In this document: piece by piece, positions 54,950 to 64,000 of the stretch | How positions within the stretch are numbered: position 1 is the first letter of the stretch | Layout of the letters: the number at the start of each line of letters is the position of its first letter | Source: Bdellovibrionales bacterium | Lineage (GTDB): Bacteria; Bdellovibrionota; Bdellovibrionia; Bdellovibrionales; UBA1609 | Length of the DNA stretch: 64,000 bases | Assembly (NCBI GenBank): GCA_027317865.1 | Contig: DAHVQG010000007.1 | Location: 14,300-78,299 of the forward strand | Direction: 5' to 3' | The notes under the pieces: generated by a model | Databases searched by the model: none | Seen by the model: the letters and a program-made list of their open reading frames with translations, nothing else | What the model was told of the DNA's origin: nothing | Program-made: the position numbers and the translations under genes

Positions 54950-55420
54950 ATGGGCGAAAATCTAGCGAGCGGTGAACATCCGGCAATAGTTTATCTGCGT
55001 GACGTTTTAGGCGTACGAACGGTACCGAAATCCGCCCTTGGGTCTTCGACTTCGGGCTTGCCCGTCATGCGGGTCGATGAGGAATGCGACGTGACGGTTC
55101 AGACTTTCAGGCCGCTGAACAGCGAAGAAAAAAGGCTTGCCGAGAAAATGCTCGCGGCAATCGACTGTCACAAGATTTTATGGCGGCAGGGTCGGCAAAT
55201 CGATTTCACCTCATTGACGGAGAATCAGAGCCGCCGAGGGTTGATCGTATTCGGCAATCTTGAGAAGCCCGGTGGTTCGGATTCAAGTCTCGGAATGGTT
55301 TTTCTGCAACTACCGGATCTTGCCGAATTTTTTGGCGCCGATTCTAAAGTTCACGATCTTAAGAAATCGGCGTGGGAGAAGTTGAAAAGATTCAAACAGG
55401 CAATCGAAAATGAAAAATGA
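54950..55420 (+). CDS. hypothetical protein upstream of nfeD (start uncertain)
   Basis: The frame is open from 54698, but that start overlaps the divergent zinc-ribbon gene. ATG 54950 is the first start clear of it. The 3' end overlaps the nfeD start by 11 nt. Confidence 0.45.
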   Translation: MGENLASGEHPAIVYLRDVLGVRTVPKSALGSSTSGLPVMRVDEECDVTVQTFRPLNSEEKRLAEKMLAAIDCHKILWRQGRQIDFTSLTENQSRRGLIVFGNLEKPGGSDSSLGMVFLQLPDLAEFFGADSKVHDLKKSAWEKLKRFKQAIENEK

Positions 55421-56792
55421 GCCAAAGTTTTTTGCACCCCAGTTGAATTCGTTAGCCGTATTTGTATCGATACTGCTGACATTTTTGTTTGCGCCAAGGG
55501 TTGTTTTGGCGGCGCAAGTAGCGAAATCAGCAACATCCGTGGTGCACGTGAGTGCAACGCCTGCCAAAACGCAGCCGACGTGCGTACTTGAAACAAAATT
55601 AAATGACGATATTGGCCCGGCGACGCTTGATCTTATTCAACGCGCCAAAAATAGGGCTCTTCAACATCACTGCGGATCTGTTCTGCTGCTCGTGAACACG
55701 CCTGGCGGCAACATGCAAACTACCCGGCAAATTGTTGAAGAGATTCTCAATTCGCCGGTACCATTTTTGTGTTTTGTATACCCTCCCGGAGGTCATGCTG
55801 GCAGCGCGGGCGCCATTATTCTTCAAAGTTGTCATTTATCTGGTGCGGCCCCCGGTACTAATATCGGCGCTTCGACGCCGATTGAAGGGACAGGCGCGAA
55901 TATCCCGAGTGACTTAAGAAGAAAAATTATAAACGACACGGTGGCCTGGGTGACTTCGCTTGCGCGAATGCGGGGTCACAATGCTCATTTCGCTAAAGAA
56001 ATGATTGTAAAAGCAAAATCAGTGAGTGCTGAAGATGCATTGAAACTGAAGGCCATCGATTTCGTAGGTGATACTCCGCAAGAGTTTCTGAAGTTTGCAA
56101 ACGGCCACACGGTTGAACTGACCAATCATCAAAGTGTGACGTTGCATCCTGGTAAAATCATAGTTTTTCATCACGATTTGCGTTTCAAACTAATGAATCT
56201 TTTGACCAATCCTCAACTGGCTTACCTCATGTTTATGGGTAGCCTCGTACTTCTTTATTTTGAAATCACCCATCCCGGCCTTATGGCGCCGGGTGTTTTG
56301 GGCGGGCTGGGCCTTATCATTTCACTCATTGCGCTTCAGATGATGAACGTGACGTGGGGAGCCGTATTTTTAATTCTTTTCGGCCTGGGCCTTCTCATCA
56401 GCGAAGCTTTTTTGCCAACTTTCGGAATTGTCGGTTTCGGTGGGATCGTGTCATTTTTTATCGGTAGTCTTTTTCTTTTCGACTACGGAACTTCGGGATT
56501 TTTTCTCCCGCTTAAATTTATTTTACCCACGGTTATATTGTTGGGTGCGTTACTGTCAGGAATTGCCTATTTAGCGTTTTCAAGCCGTAAACGCAAAAAG
56601 GCAAAAGAAGCGGGCTTTGACTCAATTGACGGTAGGCAAGTGAAAGTGACTCAAACGCAAGGTGACGGTCGCAGCGGTTTTGTCCTTATGGATGGCGAAC
56701 TGTGGCGTTTCGAAAGCGATGAACCGTTGACTGTGGGCCAGCAAGTTCTAATTATAAGCCATAAAGGCTTCACACTAAAAGTCAGGAGATAA
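55410..56792 (+). CDS. nfeD: NfeD-family membrane-bound ClpP-class serine protease
   Basis: A signal peptide is followed by the ClpP-like core LLLVNTPGG........I...I..S.VP...FV.P.GG.A.SAG..I. Multiple TM helices and a C-terminal OB-fold NfeD domain (G.V..DGELWR....) follow. It sits upstream of an SPFH gene. Confidence 0.88.
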   Translation: MKNEPKFFAPQLNSLAVFVSILLTFLFAPRVVLAAQVAKSATSVVHVSATPAKTQPTCVLETKLNDDIGPATLDLIQRAKNRALQHHCGSVLLLVNTPGGNMQTTRQIVEEILNSPVPFLCFVYPPGGHAGSAGAIILQSCHLSGAAPGTNIGASTPIEGTGANIPSDLRRKIINDTVAWVTSLARMRGHNAHFAKEMIVKAKSVSAEDALKLKAIDFVGDTPQEFLKFANGHTVELTNHQSVTLHPGKIIVFHHDLRFKLMNLLTNPQLAYLMFMGSLVLLYFEITHPGLMAPGVLGGLGLIISLIALQMMNVTWGAVFLILFGLGLLISEAFLPTFGIVGFGGIVSFFIGSLFLFDYGTSGFFLPLKFILPTVILLGALLSGIAYLAFSSRKRKKAKEAGFDSIDGRQVKVTQTQGDGRSGFVLMDGELWRFESDEPLTVGQQVLIISHKGFTLKVRR

Positions 56793-56793
56793 T

Positions 56794-57537
56794 ATGCAGC
56801 CAGCCATAATTTTTATTGTCATCGTGGTCGTTTTTCTCCTCATCGCATCGATCAAGATTTTAACGGAGTGGGAGCGCGCCGTCGTTTTACGATTTGGCAA
56901 TTTCACCGGCGTGCGTGGACCTGGCATCATTTTTTTGATTCCGATCGCTGAGAGAATGTATCGCATCGATACGCGTACAATCGCCATGGATGTGCAACCG
57001 CAAGACGTCATTACTAAAGATAACGTCACGCTCAAAGTGGCGGCGGTGATTTATTTTCGCGTGATTAATCCCGAGTATGCGGTCGTGCGAGTCGAAGATT
57101 ATTATTTTGCCACGAGCCAATTGGCGCAAACGGCATTGCGAACGGTACTCGGTCAGTTCGTGCTCGATGAATTGCTCTCGAGCCTTGATCGTATCAGTCA
57201 TGCGCTCCAAGATTATTTAGACAAATCGACGGAGCCTTGGGGAGTTAAAATTACCTCCGTTGAAATCAAAAACATCGATTTACCGCAAAACATTCAACGT
57301 GCTATGGCGCAAGAGGCGACGGCTGAGCGGGAACGTCGCGCGAAGGTCATAAGTGCCGAAGGGGAGTTGCAGCGGTCTGAAAAGCTTTTTCAGGCGTCAG
57401 AAAAGATATCGGCGTCACCGGCGGCGCTACAACTCGCGTATTTGCAAGCGCTGACTGAAATTAAAAATGATGGCAAAACAACGATTATTTTGCCGATTCC
57501 GCTCGAATTCGCGAAGGCATTCTTAAAAAAGGATTAA
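56794..57537 (+). CDS. SPFH/band 7 (stomatin-like, slipin) family protein
   Basis: SD AGGAGA precedes the start. The motifs are I..EWERAVVLRFG.......GPG..FLIP......R.D.R......PQ.VITKDNV...V.AV.YFRV and AEGE.Q. Confidence 0.9.
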   Translation: MQPAIIFIVIVVVFLLIASIKILTEWERAVVLRFGNFTGVRGPGIIFLIPIAERMYRIDTRTIAMDVQPQDVITKDNVTLKVAAVIYFRVINPEYAVVRVEDYYFATSQLAQTALRTVLGQFVLDELLSSLDRISHALQDYLDKSTEPWGVKITSVEIKNIDLPQNIQRAMAQEATAERERRAKVISAEGELQRSEKLFQASEKISASPAALQLAYLQALTEIKNDGKTTIILPIPLEFAKAFLKKD

Positions 57538-57551
57538 GGCGAGAAGTACGT

Positions 57552-57589
57552 GCGGCAGCAGCTGCCGCTTGAGCGCCATTGACGGCGCT
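57552..57589 (+). terminator. two adjacent GC-rich hairpins after the SPFH gene
   Basis: GCGGCAG-cag-CTGCCGC lies at 57552..57568, followed by TT. AGCGCC-attgac-GGCGCT lies at 57572..57589, followed by TGTT. Confidence 0.45.
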
Positions 57590-57644
57590 TGTTGATAAGG
57601 CACGCACACGGGGTGCGGCATTGAGATTCCCAAGGAGGGGTAGC

Positions 57645-58886
57645 TTGCGGTTAATTTACATTTTTGCGTTCGTTTTGCTGTATGGTTCGTTTGGTCAGTC
57701 AAAAAATTTGCGTAAATCACCGTTAACTGCGCCCATTCGCGTTCGATTGTTGCGGGCCCGGCGCGCGATTGAAATGGATGGGTTCGATTTACGATTCGAC
57801 GGCGACAGTTTAAGCACTTCGGTATTGCCCATTCATTCAACCGTCGAAATTTCTCGCCTTCGAAGTGAGTGGCTCATTAGAAAAAATCATCGCGTCTGGC
57901 GTGCGCACGGGCAAAGCTTAGTCGTGTCGGGTGAGATGCTTGAGTTTGAAAGGAATTTGCAGCCACCCGCCACGTATGTCCTTGAGGCGCGGTCGAATGC
58001 AAGTTTTGATGTGGTGGCTGACCTCAGACGAAAGGTCTATTTAGAAGGCGTGTTGCCGAGCGAAATGCCGATTACTTGGCCCGTAGCCGCGCTTGAAGCT
58101 CAGGCGGTCGCTTCAATTTCTTATGCGCGGGCGCAAGCATTGCGGCACGAACAAAGTGGTTTTGATGTCGATAGCTCGATTAACAGTCAAGTGTTCAACT
58201 GGAGTTCATATACTCGTGCCTTAACCCGCGAGCGGAGAAAACTTGCGCACGTACTTGCAATCACGCGTGGGCAGATTCTTATCAATAAACGCGGCCAACC
58301 GTATCTCGCATATTTCGACTCTGACTGTGGTGGAGTGACCGAACTTGCGCAAAATGTTTGGGCGCGCCCAGGCGACCCGACGGGCAGCAAAAAAATCGTT
58401 CATCATTTTTCTAAGAAGGGAATCGTCTACGATCAATATTGTTTATTGAATCCGCACAATCGCTGGCATTATTTTGTGACCTGGCGGCAAATTCAAAGAG
58501 CGGTGCGAGGGGAGTTTCATAACTTTCGGGGAGAAGTTCGCAACGTCAAAGTGGTCTCACGATCGCCTTCGGGTCGCGCTTATCAAGTCGAGGTTGTCGC
58601 AGTAAACGGCCGGCAACTCCTCATGCTTTCGCAAATCTTTCGCCAGTTGATAGGTTATGGGCGCATTCGCAGCACACTTTTTAAAATTAAACATTTTCGT
58701 AACGGACTCGAATTTGACGGACGTGGTTTTGGTCACGGAGTGGGGATGTGCCAACATGGTGCACGTTTTATGGCCCTTAATGGCGCCACCTATCAGCAGA
58801 TTCTTTCGCGCTATTATCCGGAGGCGCGATTGATCAACAGCCGTGTGCATTCGGCACCGATTTCTGTCATCGCGTCATCGGAATGA
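57645..58886 (+). CDS. SpoIID/LytB-domain protein (peptidoglycan amidase-enhancer/lytic transglycosylase family)
   Basis: AGGAGG lies 6 nt before TTG 57645, which gives the signal peptide MRLIYIFAFVLLYGSFGQS. The motifs are YLEGVLPSEMP..WP..ALEAQAVA.ISYA, CGG.TE and GRGFGHGVGMCQ.GA. Confidence 0.85.
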   Translation: MRLIYIFAFVLLYGSFGQSKNLRKSPLTAPIRVRLLRARRAIEMDGFDLRFDGDSLSTSVLPIHSTVEISRLRSEWLIRKNHRVWRAHGQSLVVSGEMLEFERNLQPPATYVLEARSNASFDVVADLRRKVYLEGVLPSEMPITWPVAALEAQAVASISYARAQALRHEQSGFDVDSSINSQVFNWSSYTRALTRERRKLAHVLAITRGQILINKRGQPYLAYFDSDCGGVTELAQNVWARPGDPTGSKKIVHHFSKKGIVYDQYCLLNPHNRWHYFVTWRQIQRAVRGEFHNFRGEVRNVKVVSRSPSGRAYQVEVVAVNGRQLLMLSQIFRQLIGYGRIRSTLFKIKHFRNGLEFDGRGFGHGVGMCQHGARFMALNGATYQQILSRYYPEARLINSRVHSAPISVIASSE

Positions 58887-58918
58887 ATTGTGCGCTAGTA
58901 GTGCTATTTTCGCTACGA

Positions 58919-60214
58919 TTAATGGGAAGTTTTTCCGAGAAGTGCTTCGGCGACAGACTCTATAGTGGCGTCGACCGGGGTCGATCGCGACGGCCGTTCA
59001 AATAGCTGAGCCAGGTTTGGCGGCATTTCGATTTCACCGCCGATAAGCGGGTTGACGATTTCAGAAAACTTTGCCGGATGTGCCGTGGACACGATGATCC
59101 AGTGCGGAGTTTTCATTCGCTCTCGGGCTACGGCGGCCGTTGCTGTATGCGGGCACCAAATTTCACCCCAATCGGCTTTGCCGTGGCGAATGGCATGTCG
59201 GATTTCATCATCTAGGACGCTAACAGCGGACGAAATTTTTTTGAGTTCATGAACATCTGGATGCAAATCACTTAAACGCTCAAAGTTGCTTGGAGCGCCG
59301 ACATCCATCGCATTTGCGAGCGTCCGAATTGAGGGCCGTGGCTCGTATCTACCGGTTCGATAAAAATTTGAAAGCGTGGTATTGGCATTTGTCGCTATTG
59401 TGATTTCGCGAATGGGCATACCGATTTTTCGCGCCCAAAATGCCGCCACGGCATCGCCAAGATTACCCGTTGGGATAATAAGCCCCGGCGCGTGACCCGT
59501 TTTCTGTTGGTACCAAATAGCCGCCGCCGAATGATAAATCATTTGCGGCAATAGCCGTCCGATATTGATACTGTTAGCGGAAGTGAAACGAAATTTCGAA
59601 GCAAGACCGAACTGCTCACGCACTTGTGCATCGCCAAGAATTGTTTTGACCAGGCGCTGGCAATCGTCAAACGAGCCGTTCACTTCTAGACTTAAAACAT
59701 TATCGCTCCAGCATGTCAGTTGTTGTCGTTGTAGCGGAGAAACTCCATTGCGCGGAAAAAGCACAACGGCGCGAAATTTTTTAAATTCATCGAAGGCGGA
59801 GGCGACCGCTCCGCCGGTGTCGCCAGAAGTTGCAACTAAAATTGTTCGCTGCTCAGAAATTTTGAGATTCATAAACCGTGCAAGAAAGCGAGCCGCAATA
59901 TCTTTAAACGCGGCCGTCGGGCCATGAAACAGCTCCAAAACGGCAGTGTCGTTTTTCAAATAACGAAGCGGAATTTGAAAATCATAGGCTGATTTTAAAA
60001 GCGAATGCAGTTCGTGGGCGGTGAGTTCATCGCGCAGAAAGGGGCTTAAGATCTTTTGTGCGATTCCGATGAATGAATGATCCGTGATTTCGCCGGGTTG
60101 AATCAGCGGCCAGGATTCAGGTACGTAAAGCCCCTGATCGACCGCTAACCCCCGCTCGACCGCTTCAAGAAATGAAACGCGATCTGCGGCATGACGTGTA
60201 CTAATGTATTTCAT
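58919..60214 (-). CDS. thrC: threonine synthase
   Basis: The motifs are Y.STR, LELFHGPT.AFKD (PLP Lys) and ATSGDTG.A. It is the last gene of thrA-thrB-thrC and has an ATGA overlap with thrB. Confidence 0.92.
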   Translation of the reverse strand: MKYISTRHAADRVSFLEAVERGLAVDQGLYVPESWPLIQPGEITDHSFIGIAQKILSPFLRDELTAHELHSLLKSAYDFQIPLRYLKNDTAVLELFHGPTAAFKDIAARFLARFMNLKISEQRTILVATSGDTGGAVASAFDEFKKFRAVVLFPRNGVSPLQRQQLTCWSDNVLSLEVNGSFDDCQRLVKTILGDAQVREQFGLASKFRFTSANSINIGRLLPQMIYHSAAAIWYQQKTGHAPGLIIPTGNLGDAVAAFWARKIGMPIREITIATNANTTLSNFYRTGRYEPRPSIRTLANAMDVGAPSNFERLSDLHPDVHELKKISSAVSVLDDEIRHAIRHGKADWGEIWCPHTATAAVARERMKTPHWIIVSTAHPAKFSEIVNPLIGGEIEMPPNLAQLFERPSRSTPVDATIESVAEALLGKTSH

Positions 60215-61197
60215 TTTTCACCTTTGAACCCTCGCGCGCCAGGAGCAGGCAATCGAGAAATATAGGCAGTTGAGGTCACACCAGCTATTTTAAACCGCTT
60301 TTGAATTTCTTGTGCGATTTTTTGCCCGGCGGTACGGGATTTGGCTAAAGCAAAAACACTTGGGCCACTACCTGATATTGAAAAGCCAAGGCATCCGGGT
60401 ATTGCCATTGCCGCATTCTTGACGTCTTGAAATGCGGGTATCAAATGCTCTCGTTGCGGCTCAATAATTTGATCACGAAGCGAAGCGGAAATTAAACCAA
60501 AATTACTTGTCATGCAACCGAGCACGAAACCGGCAAGAAGCGAAGACTGCTCGACGTAGGATTTTAGTGAAATTTCAGGGCGTAAAATTTTTCGCGCCTG
60601 CTTCGTTTCAACCTGCACATCCGGATGAACCAAAACGCAAACAATCCCGCTCGGAATCGAAATGTGAAACACACTCTTTGCCAATGAAGTTGAAAATTGC
60701 GAAGACGAAAGCGTAAGGCCGCCGTATAAACTGGGAGCAACGTTGTCGGGATGGGCCGAGCCCGCGGCGATTCGTTCGCCTTCGAGTGCATAGGTAAAAA
60801 GTTGCTCCATCGGAATTGGATTCTGCACGCGAGACTTTAAACGTCGAAAGATTCCGGCTGCTGCGACAACGGCGGCAACGGCCGACGCAGCTGAACCGCC
60901 CATACCTGAACCAAGCGGAATACCTTTATGTATGCGGACGCGAAATCCGTAGCTCAAGTTGAGGTCTTTCTGCATGGCCAATAGCGCGGCGGTTGCCGTA
61001 TTTTGTTTGGGATCGGCGGGTATTTTGTTTTCAGTAAAAATACTCTCGATCAAAATTTCGCGTGTGCCCGAGTTGAGCGTTAATTCGACCGTGTCGCCAA
61101 CGCCCTCGAGCGCGAGCCCCAAAACGTCGAAGCCTACTCCCACATTGCCGACTGAAGCCGGGGCAAACGCCCGAATGGTTAAATCGCGTGATTTCAT
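60211..61197 (-). CDS. thrB: homoserine kinase (GHMP family)
   Basis: The motifs are APAS.GN.G.GFD.LG.A and the GHMP motif IPLGSGMGGSAASAVAAV. It has ATGA overlaps with both neighbours. Confidence 0.92.
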   Translation of the reverse strand: MKSRDLTIRAFAPASVGNVGVGFDVLGLALEGVGDTVELTLNSGTREILIESIFTENKIPADPKQNTATAALLAMQKDLNLSYGFRVRIHKGIPLGSGMGGSAASAVAAVVAAAGIFRRLKSRVQNPIPMEQLFTYALEGERIAAGSAHPDNVAPSLYGGLTLSSSQFSTSLAKSVFHISIPSGIVCVLVHPDVQVETKQARKILRPEISLKSYVEQSSLLAGFVLGCMTSNFGLISASLRDQIIEPQREHLIPAFQDVKNAAMAIPGCLGFSISGSGPSVFALAKSRTAGQKIAQEIQKRFKIAGVTSTAYISRLPAPGARGFKGEK

Positions 61198-63674
61198 GCT
61201 CGTGCTCCAAGGTGGCGTGCCAGTCGCAAAAGATCAGCAAATACTCCCGCGGCTGTCACCTCAGGACCGGCTCCGGGCCCTTGAACAATAAGCGGTTGTT
61301 TGTCGTATCGCTTGGTGCGAAATGCGATCATGTTGTCGCTGCCCGTGACGCGCGCAAACGGGTGTGTTTTTTCAATGACACGCAGTTCAGCCGTTGCGCG
61401 ACTTTCTCTTACATCTAGCGACCCTACAAAACGGAGTACGCCGCCGGTTTCTTGGGCCAGTTTTCGGCGGCTCGAAATTTCAGCATCGAATTCAGAAAGA
61501 CGCGCCATGAATTCCTCGACGTGGGCCACCGAACGGAGCGCGTCGGGTACTAGCGATTTCACTTTCACATTATCCAATTCAATTTTGATATTTGCTTCGC
61601 GTCCGAGAATGACAATCTTTCTTGCGACGTCCAAGCCGCTTAGGTCATCGCGCGGATCGGGCTCGGTGTAACCTAATTGTTTGGCCTCAGCCACAATTTC
61701 TGAAAAACTTGCCGTGCCCAATTGATATTTAGAAAAAATGTATGACAAAGTACCGGAGAGCAGACCCTCAATCGAGATCAATTCGTCGCCGGTTTGTAAA
61801 AGATCGCGCAATGTGGAGATAACAGGAAGACCCGCGCCCACTGTGGCTTCATACATAAAACTGCGATTACTAGCTAAAATCGATTTTTGTATTTCGGAGT
61901 AGCGGGACCAACTACCCGCTCCGGCCTTTTTGTTCGGCGTGATGACGTGAATACCGGCACGCAGCCATTGCGAATAATAATCAGCGACGTCGTCCGAAGC
62001 CGAGCAATCGACAATCACGGCATGAGGCAAGTGATCCGCATGAACGTGGGCCACGAATTGTTCAAAATCGGCCGGCAACTCACGTGCGTCGGTAAAATTT
62101 ATTTCATCTGCGAGCCGCATCGTTTTGGAGTTCGTCACGGCGCGCACGCGAAAATCGGTGTTGAATTGGCTTCGAAGTGTTTGGCCACGCTCCCGTAGCT
62201 GCCGCAAAAACGCTTGGCCGATGGAGCCGGTGCCGACGACCCCAACCGATAAGGTGAAGTCCGAAAGATAAAATGCCGCGTGGGTCGATCGCAGTGCACG
62301 AATTGAATCCGCTTCGTCAATGACCGCCGAAATGTTCCGCTCCGATGAACCTTGGGCTATTGCGCGAACATTGACGCCGGCATGACTAAGGGCTGAAAAA
62401 AATCTTGCCGAAACGCCTTGCTTTTTTACCATTCCGTCACCGACGAGTGCGACGATGCTGCACGAACGAGTAACGGAAATTGTTTGAATGGCTCCGTGGC
62501 GCAACTCCGAATCGAATTCTTTTTCTAAAGTGGATTTTGCGCGGTTAACTTGATCGGCTGAAACCGCGACACAAATCGAATGTTCGGAGCTTGCTTGCGA
62601 TATCAAAATGACGCTGACGCCGGCTTCACGTAAGGCGCCAAAAAGTCGTTGGGCAATCCCGGGCACGCCAATCATTCCAGTGCCTTCGACATTGACCAGG
62701 GCTATGTGGTCAACCGTGGTGAACCCGCGCGCGCCGGCCGAATTTGTAGTTTTGTGAATGACTGTTCCAGGTTGGTTGGGTCGAAATGTATTTTTGATCC
62801 AAATCGGAATTTGCAAATCGATGGCCGGAGCCATCGTCCGTGGGTGAATGACTTTCGCGCCAAAATAAGCAAGCTCAACGGCCTCTTCGTATGACAGTTC
62901 ATCGAGTCTTCGCGCTTCACTGACCTTTCGTGGATCGGCGCTGTACACGCCGTCAACATCGGTCCATATTACGATTTGCTTGGCTTTTATGAGTCGGCCA
63001 AAAATAGACGCCGAATAATCACTGCCGTTTCGTTTGAGTGTGGTGGGTACCCCTTCGGCGGTTGAGGCGATAAATCCAGTGACCACCATTCGTTCGCTCA
63101 AACCGGCAAGACGATCGAATCGAACTTGCGATTCTTGCCAATCGATTTGGGGCCCCGTTTCGCTGTGGGTAACGACTAGGATTTTTCGCGCATCGACCCA
63201 ACAGGGATTAATATCGCGTTGTCTAGACCCCCATGCGGCCGCCAAAATACGCGACGACCAAAGTTCGCCATAGCCTGAAACGAGATCGAGCGTCGAGTCC
63301 GGTAAATGCTTTGCGAGCCAAACACCGCGTAAAATATCACCCAAGTCTTTAAGATCGCTTTCGAATATCTTTGTGAAATTGGCTAAATCGTTGCCATTTA
63401 GCATCCGCGCACTGGTCACACGGTGCAATTCCGCGATTTTGTTTAAACCCGTCTCAAATTGAGAATTTTGTTGGGAAGCGAATTGGGCGGTGTTTATTAA
63501 TTGATCAGTCACGCCGGACATAGCCGATACTACAACGACGAGTTTTTCGTTTCGCCCGGCTCGCAAATGCTCGGCCGTCAAAATATCGAGGACCTGGTTA
63601 AAAGCATCGACCGAGCCGACGCTTGTACCACCAAATTTGTGGACTGTAGAGAAGCCGTTTACGAGTGACGAAAT
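61194..63674 (-). CDS. thrA: bifunctional aspartokinase / homoserine dehydrogenase (start codon apparently non-canonical)
   Basis: The aspartokinase N-terminus VHKFGGTSVGS is encoded at 63641..63609, upstream of the track start. ACT regions are present. The homoserine dehydrogenase part contains VGVVGTGSIGQAF. The frame opens after TAA at 63695..63693 and has no ATG, GTG or TTG before KFGG. I propose ATT at 63674, with GAGGAGGG 5 nt upstream. Confidence 0.85.
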   Translation of the reverse strand: MSSLVNGFSTVHKFGGTSVGSVDAFNQVLDILTAEHLRAGRNEKLVVVVSAMSGVTDQLINTAQFASQQNSQFETGLNKIAELHRVTSARMLNGNDLANFTKIFESDLKDLGDILRGVWLAKHLPDSTLDLVSGYGELWSSRILAAAWGSRQRDINPCWVDARKILVVTHSETGPQIDWQESQVRFDRLAGLSERMVVTGFIASTAEGVPTTLKRNGSDYSASIFGRLIKAKQIVIWTDVDGVYSADPRKVSEARRLDELSYEEAVELAYFGAKVIHPRTMAPAIDLQIPIWIKNTFRPNQPGTVIHKTTNSAGARGFTTVDHIALVNVEGTGMIGVPGIAQRLFGALREAGVSVILISQASSEHSICVAVSADQVNRAKSTLEKEFDSELRHGAIQTISVTRSCSIVALVGDGMVKKQGVSARFFSALSHAGVNVRAIAQGSSERNISAVIDEADSIRALRSTHAAFYLSDFTLSVGVVGTGSIGQAFLRQLRERGQTLRSQFNTDFRVRAVTNSKTMRLADEINFTDARELPADFEQFVAHVHADHLPHAVIVDCSASDDVADYYSQWLRAGIHVITPNKKAGAGSWSRYSEIQKSILASNRSFMYEATVGAGLPVISTLRDLLQTGDELISIEGLLSGTLSYIFSKYQLGTASFSEIVAEAKQLGYTEPDPRDDLSGLDVARKIVILGREANIKIELDNVKVKSLVPDALRSVAHVEEFMARLSEFDAEISSRRKLAQETGGVLRFVGSLDVRESRATAELRVIEKTHPFARVTGSDNMIAFRTKRYDKQPLIVQGPGAGPEVTAAGVFADLLRLARHLGARA

Positions 63675-63863
63675 GTGTCCCTCCTCGGGAAGTTAGACAC
63701 TTTTACAAAATGTCCAAAGTCTAGACGGTTTTTCGGTTTTTGCGAAGTAAATTGAAGACTTGGCTTCGATACAATGGCTCGGCACGGGACTTGTACAAGT
63801 GAAGGGTATGGGAGACCCGCAATTAGAGGATGAAACAGGCGAGTCCCCCTAAGCGAGGGAGTT

Positions 63864-64000
63864 ATGAAAGGAAGAAGTCGAAAGCCACAGAGCTTAAAAG
63901 TAGTAAGATTCGCAGTTGTCGCACTGGCAATTGCTAGTCTTGCGGCATTTACGACGGCTTGTTCAAAGGGCGTAGGGAGTTCGAATAATAGTAATAGTAA
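63864..64000 (+). CDS. lipoprotein, N-terminal part (3' end outside the window)
   Basis: GAGGGAG precedes ATG 63864. The product starts MKGRSRKPQSLKVVRFAVVALAIASLAAFTTACSKG, which includes a lipobox, and continues with a Ser/Asn-rich linker. Confidence 0.65.
   Translation, partial: MKGRSRKPQSLKVVRFAVVALAIASLAAFTTACSKGVGSSNNSNS

Noticed and set aside
63696-63863. A thr-operon leader peptide or attenuator upstream of thrA
   Set aside because: The minus-strand leader contains no ATG at all, no Thr/Ile codon run, and no terminator-like hairpin with a U-tract.

Overview
The window holds about 57 protein-coding genes and one tRNA, with no rRNA, CRISPR array, transposase or integrase. It splits into two parts.

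**Accessory part (nt 1-20,500).** This part is dominated by signal-peptide, lipoprotein and membrane proteins with little or no recognisable function:
- a LemA/TPM/TPM operon
- two apparently paralogous polytopic membrane proteins flanking a periplasmic cyclophilin
- a beta-helix lipoprotein that looks 3'-truncated
- a secreted S1/P1 nuclease
- a 7-repeat SBBP propeller lipoprotein
- an OMP-like protein
- a TIGR02147/DUF4423-type HTH protein followed by a secreted HExxH protein and a 758-aa secreted protein with three Tudor/SH3-like repeats and a J-like domain carrying HTD instead of HPD
- FN3-like and Ig-like small secreted proteins

This part ends at the 3' end of tRNA-Leu(GAG).

**Housekeeping part (nt 20,500-64,000).** The recognisable genes are queA-tgt-yajC-secD-secF-recJ, queC plus a DUF366-like gene, an APC permease, an Nfu-type protein, class I FBP aldolase, lysS, recG, murJ, an S8 protease, carD-gltX-cysS, uvrB, uvrC, nfeD plus an SPFH gene, a SpoIID-like gene, and a thrA-thrB-thrC operon on the minus strand.

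**Lineage.** The TIGR02147 family, the F-x-N-C-S lipoprotein N-termini and the nuclease- and protease-rich secretome fit a Bdellovibrio-like or Oligoflexia-like organism. This is a weak inference only.

**Candidates for something undescribed.** I found no canonical defence, toxin or mobile system. The best candidate is the 12.9-17.2 kb HTH / HExxH / Tudor-J-like module. Next are the paralog pair around ppiA and the apparent non-canonical (ATT) start of thrA. All calls rest on reading the translations. No database search or numerical computation was run.
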